The notes under the pieces were generated by a model that had not been told where the DNA came from, made no database searches, and saw nothing but the letters and a program-made list of their open reading frames with translations. From contig CACPJC010000002.1 of the NCBI GenBank assembly GCA_902634185.1, positions 138,538 through 202,537 of the forward strand: DNA of 64,000 nucleotides, read 5' to 3'. Shown here one piece after another: positions 48,296 through 57,764 of this stretch (position 1 is its first letter; each line of letters starts with the position of its first letter). Source of the DNA: an uncultured Candidatus Actinomarina sp. GTDB taxonomy: Bacteria > Actinomycetota > Acidimicrobiia > Actinomarinales > Actinomarinaceae. The position numbers and the translations under genes are program-made.

Positions 48296-48754
48296 ATGAA
48301 ATATAAATCTGATATAGAAAAAATGCAAGTAGCACTAGCGGAAGCTAAGAAAGCATTAGAGATAGATGAAGTACCAATCGGAGCTGCACTTTTTGATAAT
48401 GATGATAAATTAATTACAAAGGCGCACAACAGGCGTGAAATTGATCAAGACCCAACTGCCCATGCTGAGATATTAGTAATAAAAGAAGCATCCCAGATAT
48501 TGAAAACTTGGAGATTAGAAAACACCACTCTTGCGATTACATTAGAGCCTGATCCCATGTGTGCAGGAGCAATAGTCAACGCAAGAATCAAAACTCTCTT
48601 ATACAGCTCACCAAATCTAAAATCGGGTGCAGCATACACACTTTATAATATTCCACAAGATAAAAGACTAAATCACTTTGTTGAGATAAGAGATAATATT
48701 TTATCCCATGAATCTGAAGTTATATTATCCTCTTTCTTTGAAAGTAAGAGGTAA
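48296..48754 (+). CDS. tadA: tRNA adenosine(34) deaminase with PCxxC changed to PDxxC
   Basis: EVPIGA, N.RE...DPTAHAE, TLEPDPMCAGA...ARI, LNH; beside tRNA-Arg(ACG). Confidence 0.9.
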   Translation: MKYKSDIEKMQVALAEAKKALEIDEVPIGAALFDNDDKLITKAHNRREIDQDPTAHAEILVIKEASQILKTWRLENTTLAITLEPDPMCAGAIVNARIKTLLYSSPNLKSGAAYTLYNIPQDKRLNHFVEIRDNILSHESEVILSSFFESKR

Positions 48755-48781
48755 TTAAACTAATACTTTAGGTCTTTTCAT

Positions 48782-48870
48782 GGAGGGATCGCATAGTCTG
48801 GCCTAGTGCGCACGCTTGGAAAGCGTGTAAGGGTTTATCCCCTTCGAGGGTTCGAATCCCTCTCCCTCCG
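48782..48870 (+). tRNA. tRNA-Ser(GGA)
   Basis: CACGC-TTGGAAA-GCGTG, long variable arm. Confidence 0.95.
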
Positions 48871-48887
48871 CAAAAAGATTATAGTTT

Positions 48888-48973
48888 GGAGGGATGGCCG
48901 AGCGGACGAAGGCGTTAGTCTTGAAAACTAATGTATGTATTCCATACCGTGGGTTCGAATCCCACTCCCTCCG
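48888..48973 (+). tRNA. tRNA-Ser(TGA)
   Basis: TTAGT-CTTGAAA-ACTAA, long variable arm. Confidence 0.95.
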
Positions 48974-48980
48974 CAAGCTT

Positions 48981-49072
<92 letters not shown>

Positions 49073-49073
49073 A

Positions 49074-49150
<77 letters not shown>

Positions 49151-49163
49151 AAAAATTACTTAT

Positions 49164-49823
49164 CTAGTAATTCCAAAGGGGTTCATTTAAATTCCAATCT
49201 GGTGATTCACCCCATTTATTTAAAAAAGTGACTTCCTCTACAGGCTTTCTTGTTGCAACTCCCCATTTCCCTAAAGGGTATCCTGCAGTAATAGTCGCAT
49301 TTAAGGTCCACCCTTTATCTGCTGGAATATCAAGAATTTTATAAACTTCTTCTGTCTTAAAACTCATTACTGTTGTTAGACATGTTCCTATTCCATGACC
49401 TCTTGCAGCAAGCATTAAACTCCATATTGCAGGATAAATTGATGAACCAGTAGGATCATTTCTTGAAAATGCTAAAACCAAAAGTGGGACTTTATCATAA
49501 TTTTCAGCTAACCAACTTGCAGAATTACTAATTCTTCGAACCGATTCAATTTGTTCTTTGTCTTTTAAATTCGAAGCACCCAAATCAGATGAATTATTGT
49601 AGAAAGATTTAACGTAATAGTCCCAGGTTTCTTTATAGATATCAGCCAACTGATTTCTGACTTCTTGGTCTGTTACAGCTACAAATCTCCAGTCTTGTCT
49701 GTTTGAACCACTTGGTGCACGAATTGCTGAGTCAATCATTGATTTTATAATTTCATCTGGGATCGGATCTTCTTTCACCCTTCGCATAGCCCTTGTTGTA
49801 TAGAGAGCTTCAAATACATCCAT
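49164..49823 (-). CDS. Nitroreductase family protein
   Basis: T.RAMRR, APSGSN.Q.W.F, SIYPA..SL.LAAR..G.G. Confidence 0.9.
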   Translation of the reverse strand: MDVFEALYTTRAMRRVKEDPIPDEIIKSMIDSAIRAPSGSNRQDWRFVAVTDQEVRNQLADIYKETWDYYVKSFYNNSSDLGASNLKDKEQIESVRRISNSASWLAENYDKVPLLVLAFSRNDPTGSSIYPAIWSLMLAARGHGIGTCLTTVMSFKTEEVYKILDIPADKGWTLNATITAGYPLGKWGVATRKPVEEVTFLNKWGESPDWNLNEPLWNY

Positions 49824-49857
49824 TTTGTTATTTTAGTAAGATAGAAGTTAGGTAAGT

Positions 49858-50673
49858 ATGGATAAAAAAATATTTTCAGAAATAAAAGATAATATTGGGA
49901 TAATTTGGTTAAATCGTCCCGAGAAAAAAAATGCCTTAAATGATGAACTATGGTTCGGACTTCCAGAATTAGTAAAAGAATTAGATGAGAGTGACGAGGT
50001 AAGAGTAATTCTTATTGCAGCAAAAGGAGATACGTTTTCTGCAGGTATAGACATAAATTTACTTGTAGAAGCTTTCGATCTAAATGAAGATTTGAAAACT
50101 AATGCGAAAGAAAGAATTGAAATTATGGAGATTACAAAAAAATTTCAAGATGCTTTTACGACTGTTGCAAAAACACAAAAACCAACAATAGCTGCAATTC
50201 AAGGATTCAGTATTGGAGGTGCCACAAATTTAGTAGCATCTTGTGATATTAGGCTTTCAACAAAAGATGCCCAATTTTCAATTGGTGAATCAAAGCTCGG
50301 ATTAGTAGCCGATGTTGGGGCTTTACAAAGAATGCCTAAAATCATATCAAAGGGTCTACTAAGAGAACTAGCATACACTGGCAAAACTTTTGATGGTGAA
50401 TATGCAAAAGAGATTGGATTTGTAAATCATATTTTCGACACCCATGAAGAACTTATTGATGGTGCTATGGAATTAGCAAACGAGATTGCATCAAACTCAC
50501 CATTAGTTATGAGAGGTGTAAAAATGATCCTTGATAAAGGTGAGGAGTTAACATCTGATCAGTCATTAGATCTTGTAAGAATGTGGAGTACTTCATTCCT
50601 GAGTTCTGAAGACTTGAAAGAAGGAATTTTTGCACGAATGGAAAAAAGAGATCCAAAGTTTAAGGGACAATAG
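49858..50673 (+). CDS. Enoyl-CoA hydratase/isomerase (crotonase) family
   Basis: LNRPEK.NA, FSAG.D, KP.IAA..G...GG, AD.G.LQR. Confidence 0.92.
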   Translation: MDKKIFSEIKDNIGIIWLNRPEKKNALNDELWFGLPELVKELDESDEVRVILIAAKGDTFSAGIDINLLVEAFDLNEDLKTNAKERIEIMEITKKFQDAFTTVAKTQKPTIAAIQGFSIGGATNLVASCDIRLSTKDAQFSIGESKLGLVADVGALQRMPKIISKGLLRELAYTGKTFDGEYAKEIGFVNHIFDTHEELIDGAMELANEIASNSPLVMRGVKMILDKGEELTSDQSLDLVRMWSTSFLSSEDLKEGIFARMEKRDPKFKGQ

Positions 50674-51651
50674 TTATAACTTGCTAAATTCCTTCAGGGC
50701 AAATCTATCCGTCATACCAGCCACGTAGTCTACGGCATTTTCAAGTTCTGATTGAGTAGTCCTATATTGCTCAGGTAATAAGTTTGGATTATTCGTAAAA
50801 TTAGAAACTAGTTTTTCAACAACTTTTTTAGCTTCTGCTCTTTCCTTTTTTGTTTCATCTCTGAGATATACTTTTTCAAACATAAATTCTCTTAAATTGT
50901 TCATAATATTCAAAATTTCATCATCCATACGAAGGTTACCTTCAGACGACGCTTTAAAAATTCCTGAAATAAGTGAATTTATCCAAGTTTTACCTGGACT
51001 ACCAAGTTCAGAAGTAATGCTTTTTGGTATTTCACTTTCATTTAACACACCAGCTCTTATTGCATCTTCAACATCGTGTGAAAGATATGCAATCCTATCG
51101 GCGTATCTACAAATTAAGCCTTCGTTAGTAAAGGGAGGTTCTTCATATTTCCATGGATGTTTTTCTATGCCATTAATAGTTTCTTTTGTGAGATTTAAAG
51201 GTTCAATGATTGAGAGCATTTTTACAGAATTTTCAGAATGGCTCCAACCACCATCAAGCATATCGTTCAAAACTTCCTCACCAGTGTGTCCAAAAGGAGA
51301 ATGTCCCACGTCATGCCCTAAACAAATAGCTTCAGTTAAATCTGGATTTAGGCCTAAAGTTTTTGCGATAGATCTACCAATTTGAGTTACGTTTAGCGTG
51401 TGAGTCATTCTTGTTATAAAATGATCGCCGTCCGGATTGATAAATACTTGAGTTTTGTGTTTTAATCTTCTAAATGTTTTTGAGTGTATAATTCTATCCC
51501 TATCTCTTTCAAAAACAGTCCTAAAAGGATCTTGATCTTCTTTTTTAATACGACCTTTTGATTCTTCAGATAACATTGCGTACGAAGATAAAGTAACGCG
51601 CTCGTTTGTCTCTCTCCATTTTCTATCTCTAAGTATGAAAGAATCATTCAC
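50674..51651 (-). CDS. dgt: dGTP triphosphohydrolase-like HD protein (short form)
   Basis: FERDRDRIIHS..FRRLKHKTQV, TR.TH, HD.GH.PFGH.GE, DYVAGMTD. Confidence 0.93.
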   Translation of the reverse strand: MNDSFILRDRKWRETNERVTLSSYAMLSEESKGRIKKEDQDPFRTVFERDRDRIIHSKTFRRLKHKTQVFINPDGDHFITRMTHTLNVTQIGRSIAKTLGLNPDLTEAICLGHDVGHSPFGHTGEEVLNDMLDGGWSHSENSVKMLSIIEPLNLTKETINGIEKHPWKYEEPPFTNEGLICRYADRIAYLSHDVEDAIRAGVLNESEIPKSITSELGSPGKTWINSLISGIFKASSEGNLRMDDEILNIMNNLREFMFEKVYLRDETKKERAEAKKVVEKLVSNFTNNPNLLPEQYRTTQSELENAVDYVAGMTDRFALKEFSKL

Positions 51652-51667
51652 AATTTTAGATTAATTC

Positions 51668-52213
51668 TTAAATGGAATTTAATAAAGCGATTAAATCATT
51701 CCAATCATTTAAATCGTGAACGCCTTCGATAGGATCGTTATATAATCTTACGAATCTAATAATTGTTTTATCTTTCCTATTTTTTACATAACTATCAAGC
51801 TGATATGGAGCATCATCTATGTAAACGTCACAATCTATCTTCCACTTTTCCTCAATAAAATGTATTTCTTTTGTTGGTATCTTATTTTCTCCAAGCCACA
51901 TCAAAGTATCATGTATTGACCACCATGGCTTAGAGGAAATAATTACTACCTCATGACCATTTTTTGAAAGCTCATATAAAACATCTACAGCATTTTCGTA
52001 CAGTTCAAGATTTCTAAAAATGGATGAGCCGTCGATATCTTTAGCCCATTTCCAGAAATCTATTTCCTCCTGAAAGTGTGTTAAAGGTTTAGAAAGGCCC
52101 CACTCAGTTATCTCTTCCTCTAATATTTTTTTACCAAATTCTTTTTCATATAATTCAGTCCAGCCTTTTGTGAAGTTTGCAACAACACCGTCTAAATCAA
52201 CTCCGATTCTCAT
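51668..52213 (-). CDS. 5'(3')-deoxyribonucleotidase (NT5C, HAD)
   Basis: DLDGVVA, WL, K....D..IDD. Confidence 0.85.
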   Translation of the reverse strand: MRIGVDLDGVVANFTKGWTELYEKEFGKKILEEEITEWGLSKPLTHFQEEIDFWKWAKDIDGSSIFRNLELYENAVDVLYELSKNGHEVVIISSKPWWSIHDTLMWLGENKIPTKEIHFIEEKWKIDCDVYIDDAPYQLDSYVKNRKDKTIIRFVRLYNDPIEGVHDLNDWNDLIALLNSI

Positions 52214-52273
52214 TTGACTAAGTTTAATTCTTCAGTGCACTATAGAAGGGTAACCCTATTAGCATTTACATAT

Positions 52274-53803
52274 ATGGAACAAGCATTATATAGAAAATAT
52301 AGACCCGCAAATCTAAAAGAGATGGTCGGACAAGACGAGGCGGTTTCTTTAATTTCCTCCCAAATATCGGATGAAAAAATTGGCCATGCTTACCTATTTT
52401 CAGGACCAAAAGGTGTGGGCAAGACTTCACTTGCACGCATAATTGCAAAAGAACTTGGTTGTGATCCGGTGTTTGACGTATCTGAAATTGATGCAGCCTC
52501 TCATAATAAGGTGGATGACATAAGGGATATGAATGAAAGTGTAAATTTTATTGCAACTTCTCCTGGAAAAAAGAGAATATTTATTTTGGATGAAGTTCAT
52601 ATGTTGTCGAATGCAGCGTCAAATGCATTTCTTAAGACATTAGAAGAACCACCCGAACACGTAATTTTTATACTTGCAACAACTGAGCCAGATAGAGTGA
52701 TTGAAACCATAAGAAGCAGGACAACACAAGTTGTATTTAAAAAAATTTCTGAACCAGAAATAATTAAGGTACTACAAAAAATTTCAAAAAAAGAAAATAT
52801 AAATTTCAATAAAGACATTCTTCAAACTATTGCAACTTATTCAGACGGATCTTTGAGAGATGCAATAAATTTATTTGAGCAAGCAGATAATACATTTGGA
52901 GAAAAAGTAACTGTTGAAAATATATTCAGCTTAGTTGGTAAATTGGGCTCTGAAGAGATACAAGAAATAATTGAATCTATCGAGTTTCAGGATACAGGAA
53001 AAATTTTAAATGTCATCAGAGAAGCTTATTCTAAAGGTTTGCAACCAACCGATATTTCAAATTCAATATCAGAATTTTTTCGGAATTTATTTTATCTTAA
53101 GTATTTACCAGATGATAAAAAACTAGAATCTTTAACTGAAGATTTTAAAAAGAATTTAGAAAAAGCAAATGAAAAAATATCAGCAAAACAACTGGTTCGT
53201 ATACTTGATTTGATTGATGATATTAATTCAAACTTACCGTCATCAAATTCTCAACATTTAAAACTTGAATTATTCATGATGAAATTGATTAAGCCAGAAT
53301 TTGGCTCTGATGTAAAATCTATTGGTTACCGACTTGATCTTCTAGAGGGACGAACTAGTTTATCAAGAAGTGTTGATGAAGATACTAAATCAGAAGAAAA
53401 AATACTAACTGATGAGAAACCAAAAGATGAATCTAAACCTAAAGAAATAAAGGCTAAAAGTAAAAATAAACAATCACTTGAAGATTTTGATGTTTACTGG
53501 CCAAAAATTTTGAACTCGATGAAAGAAACTTTATCAGCAAGAAAATTTTCTTACTTAACGGCAGTGAAACCTGAAGTGAATGAAGATAATGTTGTTACCC
53601 TTTATGTTGATAAAAATAATGAATTTCTTTTTGATGAATTAAAAAAAAGTACGGAGATAATTGATCTGATTAAATCAGAAGTAGCAAAACTCATGGGCAT
53701 TGAAGCTTTAGTAAATATAGACATTAGCGAAACAATTAATACAAAAGAAGAGGGTGGCATATCAGCGGCCCAAGAAATTTTTGATGTTGAGGATTTAAGT
53801 TAA
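52274..53803 (+). CDS. dnaX: DNA polymerase III gamma/tau
   Basis: ALYRKYRP, GPKGVGKTS, EIDAAS, DEVHMLS..A.NA.LKTLEEPP; start 52274. Confidence 0.95.
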   Translation: MEQALYRKYRPANLKEMVGQDEAVSLISSQISDEKIGHAYLFSGPKGVGKTSLARIIAKELGCDPVFDVSEIDAASHNKVDDIRDMNESVNFIATSPGKKRIFILDEVHMLSNAASNAFLKTLEEPPEHVIFILATTEPDRVIETIRSRTTQVVFKKISEPEIIKVLQKISKKENINFNKDILQTIATYSDGSLRDAINLFEQADNTFGEKVTVENIFSLVGKLGSEEIQEIIESIEFQDTGKILNVIREAYSKGLQPTDISNSISEFFRNLFYLKYLPDDKKLESLTEDFKKNLEKANEKISAKQLVRILDLIDDINSNLPSSNSQHLKLELFMMKLIKPEFGSDVKSIGYRLDLLEGRTSLSRSVDEDTKSEEKILTDEKPKDESKPKEIKAKSKNKQSLEDFDVYWPKILNSMKETLSARKFSYLTAVKPEVNEDNVVTLYVDKNNEFLFDELKKSTEIIDLIKSEVAKLMGIEALVNIDISETINTKEEGGISAAQEIFDVEDLS

Positions 53804-54141
53804 TTATCTTTTAGATTTAATTCACTTAAAGCCATTGTTATTCTTCTTGATCCTTGATTTTGGGCACTTTTACATAATTCAATAAAACTTCTTAGTTCCC
53901 CAGTTCTAAATTTTTTAAGTGCGTCACCTGAAGGAACATCTCCATTTCTTTCTCTTTCTAGCAATTTAATTTCAATCTCTTTTGCTCTGGCAAGATAAGT
54001 ACTGCTCACCTCAAATAAAGTATCAACACCATCAGTTATAGGTGGGTTAATATGACCCATCAGCACATTTATGTATTCGTTAATTTCTTCATGCAGCTCG
54101 TCTGCGCCTGAGAGACCCTTTTTTAGTGGAAATTTTTGCAT
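53800..54141 (-). CDS. Hypothetical helical protein
   Basis: 113 aa; coupled to murJ (TAATG); KFRTGELRSF motif. Confidence 0.75.
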   Translation of the reverse strand: MQKFPLKKGLSGADELHEEINEYINVLMGHINPPITDGVDTLFEVSSTYLARAKEIEIKLLERERNGDVPSGDALKKFRTGELRSFIELCKSAQNQGSRRITMALSELNLKDN

Positions 54142-55634
54142 TATTCTTTTCTAACCTTTATGTATTTCATTTTAATTACATTAAGAGACACAATAAACGC
54201 CAAAGCAATAATTGTTAGATAAATCAATAAATTCATAATGTTCGAATTTCCACTAACAGATAAAAATCTGATAAATGTAAAGACTACACTTCCAATTAAT
54301 GTTGAAATGCTCAAGTCAATTGCTAAATCCCTATTTAGAATTTTTTCATTTCCTATTTTTAACGTAAAAAGCAACACCATTGAATATAAAAAAAGAGGTA
54401 TAACAATTAAAACTGCATAGTTTGATTCCGACTTATTTGTACTACTTAACACAAGTAGAGTTGACAAAACTGTTGCTGAAGTACCTATCAAAACTGGATA
54501 CCAATATTTACTTTGAACATAAAAAGATCTAGTTACGATTTGATTGATCGACCAAGGTAAGATAGCAAATGATACAACTGACATAATTGAACTTACACGT
54601 TGGACATCATTACTAGTAAATGCACCACGTTCGTAAACAATACTCACTACCTCATCGCTACCAAAGAAAAAAAACAAAACTATAGCTACATTTAGAAAAA
54701 ATAAAATAGAGACTTGGCGACGGATTAATTCTCTAAGCTCTTCAAACTTTTTGTTAACAAATAAGTTAGATAAAGTTGGAAAACTTGCAACACCTACAGC
54801 TTGGGCTAAAACTCCCACAGGTAAAATTGCTATTCTCCTAGCGTATCTAAAAGAGGCAATTGCTCCTATGCTAAGAAAAGATCCAAATATTCTGAATAAT
54901 TGTTCATCCATGACTGCAATTGATTGACCAACAATCAAAGGAAGTGATACTTTAAAATATTGACTTAAAAACATTGCTTTTGGTTTTATAAATTTATAAC
55001 TCAGACCAACACTTTTTAATCCAATTAATTGAATTACTATATGACCCAAAAAGGAACCGATCAAACCACCTAGTGCAAATCCGTAAACTGTAGCTTCTGG
55101 AGTTGAAGAATAAATCCAGCCAAATAAGATAATTGACAAATTATAAATTACTGGAGCTATCGCAGCGTATTTATATTCATTTTTAAAATACTGATATGCC
55201 ATCATAATTGCACCCGAAAAGAAAAAAACTTGACTAAAAATAATTGGAGTAAAAACTTTAACAAAAAGCTCTTGGTTTACCACTCCAAAGATATCTGCTA
55301 TTTCATATCTAAAAATAAAACCAAGAATAGAAATACTTAAAAATATAACCGTTAAGCCATTTAGCAGTGAAAGGAAATAACTATTTAGCTTATCATCATC
55401 TTCTTTTTCAAACCTTGAGAGAAGAGGTATTAATGTTATTGCAAGATAGCCTCCGGCTGATAGATAAAATAAAAAATCAGGAATTACAAAAGCTAAATCC
55501 AAAGTATCTGATGCATTAGATATCCCAGTCCAATTTGCTAATAAAATTTCTCTAACAAACCCAAAAATTCTACTCATTAAATAAGCTAAAGAAATTATTG
55601 ATATTGGACCAATTAATTTTTTATAATTCTGCAT
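54141..55634 (-). CDS. murJ: Lipid II flippase MurJ
   Basis: SR.FG.VRE, AF.IPD, YA.R...LP.G......FP.LS, YERGAF. Confidence 0.92.
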   Translation of the reverse strand: MQNYKKLIGPISIISLAYLMSRIFGFVREILLANWTGISNASDTLDLAFVIPDFLFYLSAGGYLAITLIPLLSRFEKEDDDKLNSYFLSLLNGLTVIFLSISILGFIFRYEIADIFGVVNQELFVKVFTPIIFSQVFFFSGAIMMAYQYFKNEYKYAAIAPVIYNLSIILFGWIYSSTPEATVYGFALGGLIGSFLGHIVIQLIGLKSVGLSYKFIKPKAMFLSQYFKVSLPLIVGQSIAVMDEQLFRIFGSFLSIGAIASFRYARRIAILPVGVLAQAVGVASFPTLSNLFVNKKFEELRELIRRQVSILFFLNVAIVLFFFFGSDEVVSIVYERGAFTSNDVQRVSSIMSVVSFAILPWSINQIVTRSFYVQSKYWYPVLIGTSATVLSTLLVLSSTNKSESNYAVLIVIPLFLYSMVLLFTLKIGNEKILNRDLAIDLSISTLIGSVVFTFIRFLSVSGNSNIMNLLIYLTIIALAFIVSLNVIKMKYIKVRKE

Positions 55635-56499
55635 GCTTTTCTTTCATAAGCTCAAGTAGTTCATAAGAAATATTTAACTTATTACTCTCGTAACCAAATC
55701 CTATATTTATGTTAGGTTTATTGTCACCGTGATAATCAGAACCACCACTTTTTAATAAATTCATATTGTTTACAATCTCACTCAATGTGCTTGAAGTTGT
55801 TTTGGAGTAACTTGAATAATATGTCTCAACTCCATGAATACCGAGATTTTTTAATGTTTTTAATCGATCTACAAATACAGAGTCATACCAATTTTTTGAA
55901 AAAGAGTAGTCTTTATTACTCATAAGTGTGTGAGGGTGTGCAAGAAAAACCAAACATTTAGATTCTTTCGCACAATCAATGACTTCCTCAATTGGGTTTT
56001 GGTGTATTCTAGAATCACCAACTTTACCATTTCCTAAGTATTCTTTAAATGCTTCATTAAGTGAAGCTACATACCCCTTTGATTTCATTAAATTAGCAAT
56101 ATGAGGACGACCCGGTACTTTTGTTTCAAGATCATCCAATTCTTTTCTTTCAATTTCTACACCTACTTTTTTTAGTTTTTCCAATATTTCATAATTTCTA
56201 TTTTTCTTTTCAATTCTAATTTTTGAAAGCAAATCATATATAGGGGTATCTTTTTTTAAAAAATAAATAAGTAAATGAATTCCCGCAAATGGATTTTTTA
56301 ACTCTAAGTCATACCAACTAACACTCATTTCAACCCCTGGAATTATTTCAATTAAATTAGTGTTTTCAACCTCTGACAAAAACTCGTGATCAGTTATTGA
56401 TATAGCCTGTAATTGTTGTTCTATTGCAATATTCAATATATCTTCAATTTTGTCAGTCCCGTCAGAATTAGATGAATGAATATGGAGATCAATGCTCAT
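55621..56499 (-). CDS. PHP-domain phosphoesterase (TrpH/YciV-like)
   Basis: DLHIHS..SDG, ITDH, GRPH, AHP, GGSDYHG. Confidence 0.92.
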   Translation of the reverse strand: MSIDLHIHSSNSDGTDKIEDILNIAIEQQLQAISITDHEFLSEVENTNLIEIIPGVEMSVSWYDLELKNPFAGIHLLIYFLKKDTPIYDLLSKIRIEKKNRNYEILEKLKKVGVEIERKELDDLETKVPGRPHIANLMKSKGYVASLNEAFKEYLGNGKVGDSRIHQNPIEEVIDCAKESKCLVFLAHPHTLMSNKDYSFSKNWYDSVFVDRLKTLKNLGIHGVETYYSSYSKTTSSTLSEIVNNMNLLKSGGSDYHGDNKPNINIGFGYESNKLNISYELLELMKEKHAEL

Positions 56500-56555
56500 T
56501 AAATCTAGAATACTAGGTCTGTTAAATCTTTAATAAACTCATTAGAATGTTTCAG

Positions 56556-57764
56556 ATGAATTTAATAGTACAAAAATTTGGTGGCACTAGTGTTGAAAAT
56601 CCCGAAACACTAAAAATTGTTGCACAAAAAATAATTGATTGTAAATCAAAAGGCAACGAGGTTGTAGTAGTTGTTTCTGCTATGGGTTCAAGTACGGATG
56701 AATTAATTGATCTAGCTAATGAACTATCCGATACACCCTCCCCCAGAGAAATGGATATGTTGTTGTCGGCAGGAGAGAGAATAACAATGTCACTACTAGC
56801 AATGCATTTAAATAATCTTGGTTATGAATCCTTTTCTTTAACAGGTTCACAGGCAGGAATAACTACAACGTCAAGACATGGAATGGCGGAGATCGAAAAT
56901 ATTTCTGGTGAAAGAGTTAAAGAGGGCATTAATGAAGGAAAGATAGTAATAGTTGCTGGTTTTCAAGGAGTAAACAAAGAGACTAAAGAGATTACAACAC
57001 TTGGAAGAGGAGGATCTGATGCTACAGCAGTTGCGTTAGCTGCAGCACTTGGTGCAGAAAAATGTGAGATTTATACAGATGTTGAGGGTGTATTTACAGC
57101 AGACCCAAGAATAGTTACAAAAGCCAAATTAATTGAAGAGATAACATACGATGAAATGTTGGAAATGGCTTCATCAGGTGCGAGGGTTTTAATGGCTAGG
57201 TCTGTAGAATTTGGTAGAAGGTATAATGTACCAATAATTGTAAAACCTACCTTTAGCGAAGGTTCAGGCACAATTGTAAAGGACAAAGTAATGGAACAAG
57301 CAATTGTAAGTGGAGTCACTCACAACGATAAAGAGATCAAATTTACACTATTTGGAGTTCCAGATCAGCCAGGCATTGCTGGAAAAGTTTTTGTACCTCT
57401 TTCACAAAATGGTGTAATTGTAGATATGATTGTTCAAAACGTTTCAAAGGAATCAAAAACGGATATTAGTTTTACTGCACCATTAGAGCAAAAGTCCGAA
57501 GTTGAAAATATTTTAGAAAATTTATCAACTGAGCTCGAAGCAGAAGGAGCAGATTCAGATCCAAATATTGCAAGGGTTTCTTTAATTGGTGCTGGTATGA
57601 AAGCTGAGTCTGGAATAGCTTCGAAAATGTTTTCAATACTTGGCGAGAATAAAATCAATATTGCAATGATTTCAACATCACCGATAAGAATTTCATGTGT
57701 TGTTAACAAGGATGATATGCAAAAAGCTATAGACTCATTACACAAAGAATTTATTGAAGCATAA
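56556..57764 (+). CDS. ask: Aspartate kinase (alpha subunit; probable in-frame beta subunit from 57291)
   Basis: VQKFGGTSV, TTLGRGGSD, two ACT domains; internal SD+ATG giving MEQAIVSG. Confidence 0.96.
   Translation: MNLIVQKFGGTSVENPETLKIVAQKIIDCKSKGNEVVVVVSAMGSSTDELIDLANELSDTPSPREMDMLLSAGERITMSLLAMHLNNLGYESFSLTGSQAGITTTSRHGMAEIENISGERVKEGINEGKIVIVAGFQGVNKETKEITTLGRGGSDATAVALAAALGAEKCEIYTDVEGVFTADPRIVTKAKLIEEITYDEMLEMASSGARVLMARSVEFGRRYNVPIIVKPTFSEGSGTIVKDKVMEQAIVSGVTHNDKEIKFTLFGVPDQPGIAGKVFVPLSQNGVIVDMIVQNVSKESKTDISFTAPLEQKSEVENILENLSTELEAEGADSDPNIARVSLIGAGMKAESGIASKMFSILGENKINIAMISTSPIRISCVVNKDDMQKAIDSLHKEFIEA

Noticed and set aside
53636-53650. A-run in dnaX as a gamma/tau frameshift site
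   Set aside because: Too near the 3' end, no stimulatory hairpin, and A-runs are common in this AT-rich genome
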